Of a stretch of DNA of 64,000 nt, positions 59,789 through 64,000 are shown piece after piece. The notes beneath the pieces were generated by a model, which had not been told where the DNA came from, did no database searches, and saw nothing but the letters and a program-made list of their open reading frames with translations. The DNA is from Caldisericaceae bacterium (lineage in GTDB: Bacteria; Caldisericota; Caldisericia; Caldisericales; Caldisericaceae): assembly GCA_049967855.1 (NCBI GenBank), contig JBMFRX010000005.1, forward strand, positions 15,344-79,343, in the 5' to 3' direction. A program made the position numbers and the translations under genes. Each line of letters begins with the position of its first letter. Positions within the stretch are counted from its first letter, which is position 1.

Positions 59789-60400
59789 TCACCATTTGAG
59801 TGGAGTATCTGGTTCTTTTCCTTCCGAAAGGCGTTTGAGGTTTTCTCTCAAAGCAACCAAAAGGAAAGTTGCTCCAGCCCCCGCAAAAAAGATATAACTA
59901 GTGGGGAAAATATGAAGAAAAGCTGAGAATATCACGATTAGGATAAACAAAAGCCATGAAAAAATCATATTCGTAAGGCTCGTCTTTTTTGTGAGGGCAA
60001 AGATTAAAAGTGCTGCAGGGAAAAAGTAGACGAAATACCTTGCCCCAATCAGTCCGAGAGTTGCGCCATAGAAAGAAGATGCTCCTTTTCCTCCACGGAA
60101 CTTCAAGAAAATTGGGAAAACTTGCCCCAACATTGGGAGCAAAGCAACAATAATGACAAACCATTCGTTTGTAAGGAATAGCCTCCCGAGGTAGGCAGGC
60201 AAAGCTCCTTTTGAAAAGTCAAGCAAAGCCGAAACTAACGCCCAACGCCAGCCTAGGGCTCTCGATACGTTTGTTGAAGAGGCAGACTTTGAACCGAGCG
60301 TAAGCACGTCTACTTTGTTTAGCCTGCCTACGATGTACCCAAAAGGAATAGAGCCCAAAAGGTACGCAAATATACTCAAGCCTATAAATTTAACAATCAT
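59789..60400 (-). CDS. PlsY-family membrane protein with altered catalytic motifs
   Basis: YLLGSIPFG, DFSKG, FRGGKG, NLKRL..G.E; canonical His residues absent. Confidence 0.8.
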   Translation of the reverse strand: MIVKFIGLSIFAYLLGSIPFGYIVGRLNKVDVLTLGSKSASSTNVSRALGWRWALVSALLDFSKGALPAYLGRLFLTNEWFVIIVALLPMLGQVFPIFLKFRGGKGASSFYGATLGLIGARYFVYFFPAALLIFALTKKTSLTNMIFSWLLFILIVIFSAFLHIFPTSYIFFAGAGATFLLVALRENLKRLSEGKEPDTPLKW

Positions 60401-61389
60401 GCTTTCTCCTTTATCATTTTGTAGATTTTGCTATTTACAGGAGTTTCTACTCCAACTTTTTTAGCAAGAGCTATCACTGCTCCATTGTAGTAGTCAATCT
60501 CATCGATGTTTCCTTTCTGTTTGCCGCCACGTCCTTTTAGAATAATCTTTGCAATGCTACCCTTGAAAAGTCTAAGCACGGCAAAGGGGACTTTTTCAAC
60601 AATGAAAGCAAGAGTAGCAATGGGATAGTGCTTGAAGTTCAGGAAACTGCCGCCGTTTTTCTTTACAGTAGCTACGTACTCTTTGAGAGTGGAAACCTCA
60701 TCATAAAAGCATTTATCGTCAGTTAACCCTTCCTCGATGGATTTACCGTTTGCAAACGATGCAACTCCAATAAGATTGGTGAAAAGTTTTGAATACTCCA
60801 TATCCTTTGTGTGTGCCTTGCTTACTGGGTAGGCTTCAACACCTGCTGAGGACAGAATTTCTGCAAGGTCAGAAACGTTGTCGTCACCATAGGCAACTCC
60901 GAGCGATAGACGAATTGGGTGAGAATAAGAAATAATGGACACGTTGTCGACAGTTGCGCTAGAAACTGCATTAAAGAGGGAAACCCTGATGATTCGAATG
61001 TTGGCAACCTTGCTTCCGAAAATTTCCTTGAGCACGGGGTAGGCTTCCTCAGCCACTGATAATCCGTTCTGTGGAAGTATTAAATCGGGAATGTGCGTTA
61101 TGTTTATGCTTTGGTAGTAATGCCTGATAGCTTCGCCAACTGGATTCTTTGTTGCAAGCAGAATGAAGTTAGCTTCTATGTCTGTGCCCAATTGAGTATC
61201 AGGAATTATCGTAAAATTTGGTTTTGTCGGTTTCTGTCCATCAATTGAGACAAGAATGCTGCCATCTGCAACTCTTGCAACCATAGCTTCCCTGCCAACA
61301 CCTACAACTTCGGCAGCTCTTTGCAGCTCTTCAGTGAAGAGAATGCCTGTTCTTCCTCCTGCTCCGACCACAAGAAATTTCTTTCTCAT
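60397..61389 (-). CDS. Ketopantoate reductase (PanE/ApbA)-like NAD(P)H oxidoreductase
   Basis: VVGAGG..G, LATK, PQNG, SKLFTN, EIDYYNGAV, ETPVN. Confidence 0.75.
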   Translation of the reverse strand: MRKKFLVVGAGGRTGILFTEELQRAAEVVGVGREAMVARVADGSILVSIDGQKPTKPNFTIIPDTQLGTDIEANFILLATKNPVGEAIRHYYQSINITHIPDLILPQNGLSVAEEAYPVLKEIFGSKVANIRIIRVSLFNAVSSATVDNVSIISYSHPIRLSLGVAYGDDNVSDLAEILSSAGVEAYPVSKAHTKDMEYSKLFTNLIGVASFANGKSIEEGLTDDKCFYDEVSTLKEYVATVKKNGGSFLNFKHYPIATLAFIVEKVPFAVLRLFKGSIAKIILKGRGGKQKGNIDEIDYYNGAVIALAKKVGVETPVNSKIYKMIKEKA

Positions 61390-61395
61390 ACTTAT

Positions 61396-61423
61396 ATGAT
61401 ATCAAATGTGTCAAATAATTCAA
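61396..61423 (-). promoter_or_regulatory. sigma70-type promoter of the panE-like gene, probably leaderless
   Basis: TTGAAT-16 bp-(TGn)TATCAT-6 nt-ATG, no SD. Confidence 0.6.
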
Positions 61424-61452
61424 TAAGAAAGCAAAAATTCCTAAAAATTATG

Positions 61453-61624
61453 TATGGAACTTTTTTGGGAGTTAGTCAGTCTAAAGATTAAAGTAAAAAA
61501 TAGTAAATTATTTTGGGAGCTTTCTTGCAAAGTTTTTGGATAGAGAGAAAGATTTTTAAAAATTCTCTCAAAATTGTGGAACTTTTTTGGGAGTTTGACA
61601 GTCTATATATATGAGGAAGCTAAA
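61453..61624 (+). repeat. ~170-bp regulatory module, copy 1 (two tandem ECF promoters)
   Basis: GGAACTT-N16-GTCTA at 61456 and 61578; direct repeat of 63621-63792. Confidence 0.85.
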
Positions 61625-61655
61625 CGGGATATAATAAAATAACAGGAGGAAAGGT

Positions 61656-63617
61656 ATGAAGAGTTTTGCAAGGAAGGCTTTGATTGTTTCATTTGTTGTC
61701 ATTTTCCTTTTTCAATTTAAGGTGAAACTAGCAAAAGGTGATGCAGGTCCTGTATTTGCTTATGGATTAAATATCGCTCCGTATCAGGAGAACAATGTAA
61801 CGCTTGTCAAAGAAACACTTTCTATTCTATTGCAGGATGACAAAGATACTTATGGGGAAAAGGTTGCTGTCAACGCAAAATTCGTATTTGTAAACGAAGG
61901 AGAGAAAGCCATTGTCAAGATGGGTTTTCCTTTTGGAGTGAAAGATGCAATGGGCAGAGAACCAAGGGATATATCCGTGAAGGTCGATGGAAAAAGTGTG
62001 AACACCACAGAAATTACTGTTGTACCGCAACTTATCGCTTACAGTCCCTGGGTTATCTTTGATGTTGCATTTAACAAAGGTGAAACAAAGACAGTCGACG
62101 TAAGTTACAGAGGAATTCCTTTAGGTGGAAGGTTTGTGTACATCCTTGAGACAGGAAGATTTTGGAAAGGCCCAATAGGTACTCTTGATATTAGCATCAA
62201 GTTTTCTTTAACTCCCGAATATCCGTATCTACTCAGCCTTAAGCCACAGGGCTACAGTATTGCTGGAAATGAAGCATCGTATCACTTTGTCAATTTTGAG
62301 CCCTACCAGAATATCGAAATCGAATTTCTACCTGAAGAGTTTTACAATAAGATAAAGCCTTTTAAAGATAAAGCGGAAAAAACTAACAGTGCAAGCGACT
62401 GGTTCAATTATGCCTTGTCGCTTTTACCGGAAAATCCGTTTGGCCCTTTTCGAATTTCTCGTGAAGAAGGCGGCTTTGCGGATTCATACAGGACGAACAA
62501 TTTTCAAGACTATGTGCTTGATACACTCGACAGAGCTCTTCTATTGCAAAAAGAAGGAAGCACCGAACAGAAGATACTTTCAGCATTGAAGGTTCCAAGG
62601 GAGCAACTTAAATTTATCGATGGTTTTGCGGACTCATCAGGCTCAATTTACAATGTAGATTCGAGTCTTTTTTACTTTGGTGACGATGTTACGAGTCCTA
62701 TGAGCGATTTAGAGGGTAAAATGATTTCCTTTCTTATGGAATACAAAGTTTATACAGATTTCAAGTACACTTATGCGATAAATGGCGTAAACGATTTAAA
62801 CACTTTACTCAAGCTTGCTGACAGGTACTTTAACAAAGAGGATTTAGACATTACACCTTATATTTACTCCGGTTTCATAAACCCTTCTACAAATGAACCC
62901 ATTTTTATGGAATGCTTTGTTCCAGAGGTAAGTATTGTTAACTCCAAAGTCATAATACAATACAATCTGCCCTACAGCATGCAAAATAGATTTTTAGAAA
63001 GTGGAGTTTCTTATTATGATCCTTCACAAGGCATACAGGCAAACTTGGAGCAATTCCCACCTTATGCTTATTTGGTTACAATTGATTTATCTTCTGCAAA
63101 GAACAAAAAAGACCTTGATTTATTGAAGACGACTATCAAGAACAAGGTTAGTGAAATGATGCCATCTGAAAACATAGAACTGGATAATAACTCTTTCTGG
63201 GCAAGATTTGTGGGCACTTACCTCTATGATATCCTTGACAATGTTGATATTGATAGCAGCGGGAAAATTTATTATATTAAAAGTTCCCTTGACTGCACTC
63301 CAAAAATTGAAAAGGCAATTTCTGATTTGGATAGCAAGACGCAAGCTATTTCTGGCTACAAGAGCAAGTTTGAGGGAACTACTTTAGGTAATATCTATCT
63401 AGACACGTCGCTAAACTATTTATCAAGCAATAGAAAGGTGCTTTTATATGCAAAAGCACATCCGTTTATTTATTTTGAAGAGGTATCTTCAGCGCACAGC
63501 TCAGATTCAAAAATAAAAGATTATGCAATAATCATTCTTTCAATTTTGCTTGCCATTCTTGCAGCACTTTCCACATTCTTATTTATAAAGATTAAGCATA
63601 TGAGAAAATCATCTTGA
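61656..63617 (+). CDS. Exported, C-terminally membrane-anchored protein with a DUF4424-like N-domain
   Basis: AGGAGG RBS, signal peptide, F.N.G....MGFP and YILETGRFWKGPIG motifs, C-terminal TM plus basic tail. Confidence 0.7.
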   Translation: MKSFARKALIVSFVVIFLFQFKVKLAKGDAGPVFAYGLNIAPYQENNVTLVKETLSILLQDDKDTYGEKVAVNAKFVFVNEGEKAIVKMGFPFGVKDAMGREPRDISVKVDGKSVNTTEITVVPQLIAYSPWVIFDVAFNKGETKTVDVSYRGIPLGGRFVYILETGRFWKGPIGTLDISIKFSLTPEYPYLLSLKPQGYSIAGNEASYHFVNFEPYQNIEIEFLPEEFYNKIKPFKDKAEKTNSASDWFNYALSLLPENPFGPFRISREEGGFADSYRTNNFQDYVLDTLDRALLLQKEGSTEQKILSALKVPREQLKFIDGFADSSGSIYNVDSSLFYFGDDVTSPMSDLEGKMISFLMEYKVYTDFKYTYAINGVNDLNTLLKLADRYFNKEDLDITPYIYSGFINPSTNEPIFMECFVPEVSIVNSKVIIQYNLPYSMQNRFLESGVSYYDPSQGIQANLEQFPPYAYLVTIDLSSAKNKKDLDLLKTTIKNKVSEMMPSENIELDNNSFWARFVGTYLYDILDNVDIDSSGKIYYIKSSLDCTPKIEKAISDLDSKTQAISGYKSKFEGTTLGNIYLDTSLNYLSSNRKVLLYAKAHPFIYFEEVSSAHSSDSKIKDYAIIILSILLAILAALSTFLFIKIKHMRKSS

Positions 63618-63620
63618 AAT

Positions 63621-63792
63621 TATGGAACTTTTTTGGGAGTTAGCCAGTCTAAAGATTAAAGTAAAAAATAGTAACTTATTTGAGGACTCTTTTTAAGGAA
63701 TATGTGTCGGGAATTTTCTGCATTTTGAAAATTCTATGAAATTTGTGGAACTTTTTTGGCAGTTTGACAGTCTAATATATGAGGAAGCTAAA
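63621..63792 (+). repeat. ~170-bp regulatory module, copy 2 (two tandem ECF promoters)
   Basis: GGAACTT-N16-GTCTAA at 63624 and 63747; first 54 nt differ from copy 1 at one position. Confidence 0.85.
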
Positions 63793-63863
63793 AATGTGAT
63801 AGAATTATGTAGAGCAGTAAAAAGTAAAGAAATTAAAATCTTTAAGAAGAAGGAGGTTTTATC

Positions 63864-64000
63864 ATGAAACAATCTTTAAAAAAGTTGTTTGTACTAATGC
63901 TTATCGTGGCACTTTTGCCACTAAGTTTTGTTGGAAAAACTAAGGCGATGACTGCAAGCATAACTGCAAGTCCTAACACTGCTGGGGCAACTGCTACGTA
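63864..64000 (+). CDS. Secreted/surface protein, 5' part only
   Basis: AAGGAGG RBS; MKQSLKKLFVLMLIVALLPLSFVGKTKAMTASITASPNTAGATAT, a Sec signal peptide; open to the window end. Confidence 0.75.
   Translation, partial: MKQSLKKLFVLMLIVALLPLSFVGKTKAMTASITASPNTAGATAT

Noticed and set aside
61456..63775. Four ~29-bp repeats as a CRISPR array
   Set aside because: Spacing is 122 bp, ~2 kb and 123 bp, the flanks are also conserved, there are no cas genes, and the motif matches an ECF promoter also found singly at 7051.
61453..63792. Repeats as IS/MITE ends or integron attC sites
   Set aside because: Direct orientation, no terminal inverted repeats, target duplications or attC-type core pairing, and no transposase or integrase in the window.

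Overview
AT-rich bacterial chromosomal window made mostly of core genes, with no rRNA, tRNA, CRISPR array, transposase or integrase visible. The gene style and content (stalk-domain surface proteins, comEA/comEC, anaerobic purine/pyrimidine catabolism) suggest an anaerobic deep-branching lineage such as Caldisericota; this is inference only. In order: partial molybdenum-hydroxylase 2Fe-2S subunit and preA-preT; rimP-nusA-infB-rsmI; a DUF4349-like gene split by an in-frame TAA; an operon of a YheO-like PAS/HTH regulator, aconitase, isocitrate dehydrogenase and heteromeric ATP-citrate lyase (aclB-aclA); ispE; pheST-polX-mutS2-exonuclease/DinG-like; rpsU (not in the ORF track); a purine catabolism and BMP-ABC cluster ending in a threonine-synthase-like enzyme; a GH57-galT-glgA-pgm-pgi-ctpA-gmk run; a long minus-strand run (panE-like, plsY-like, dnaX, ybaB, recR, eno, mutM, comEA, comEC, polA, coaE, RecB-like nuclease, stalk protein); and secreted-protein genes, each preceded by a duplicated ~170-bp module with tandem ECF-sigma promoters. 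Most notable: the regulated acn-icd-aclBA operon, the ECF promoter module and its candidate regulon, a catalytically altered PlsY paralog coupled to a PanE-like reductase, a strong bias to 16-bp spacers in housekeeping promoters, an rpsU leader whose Shine-Dalgarno lies 30 nt from the start, and two repair enzymes with one degenerate catalytic domain each (PolX, DinG). All family calls come from motif recognition by eye, not database searches.
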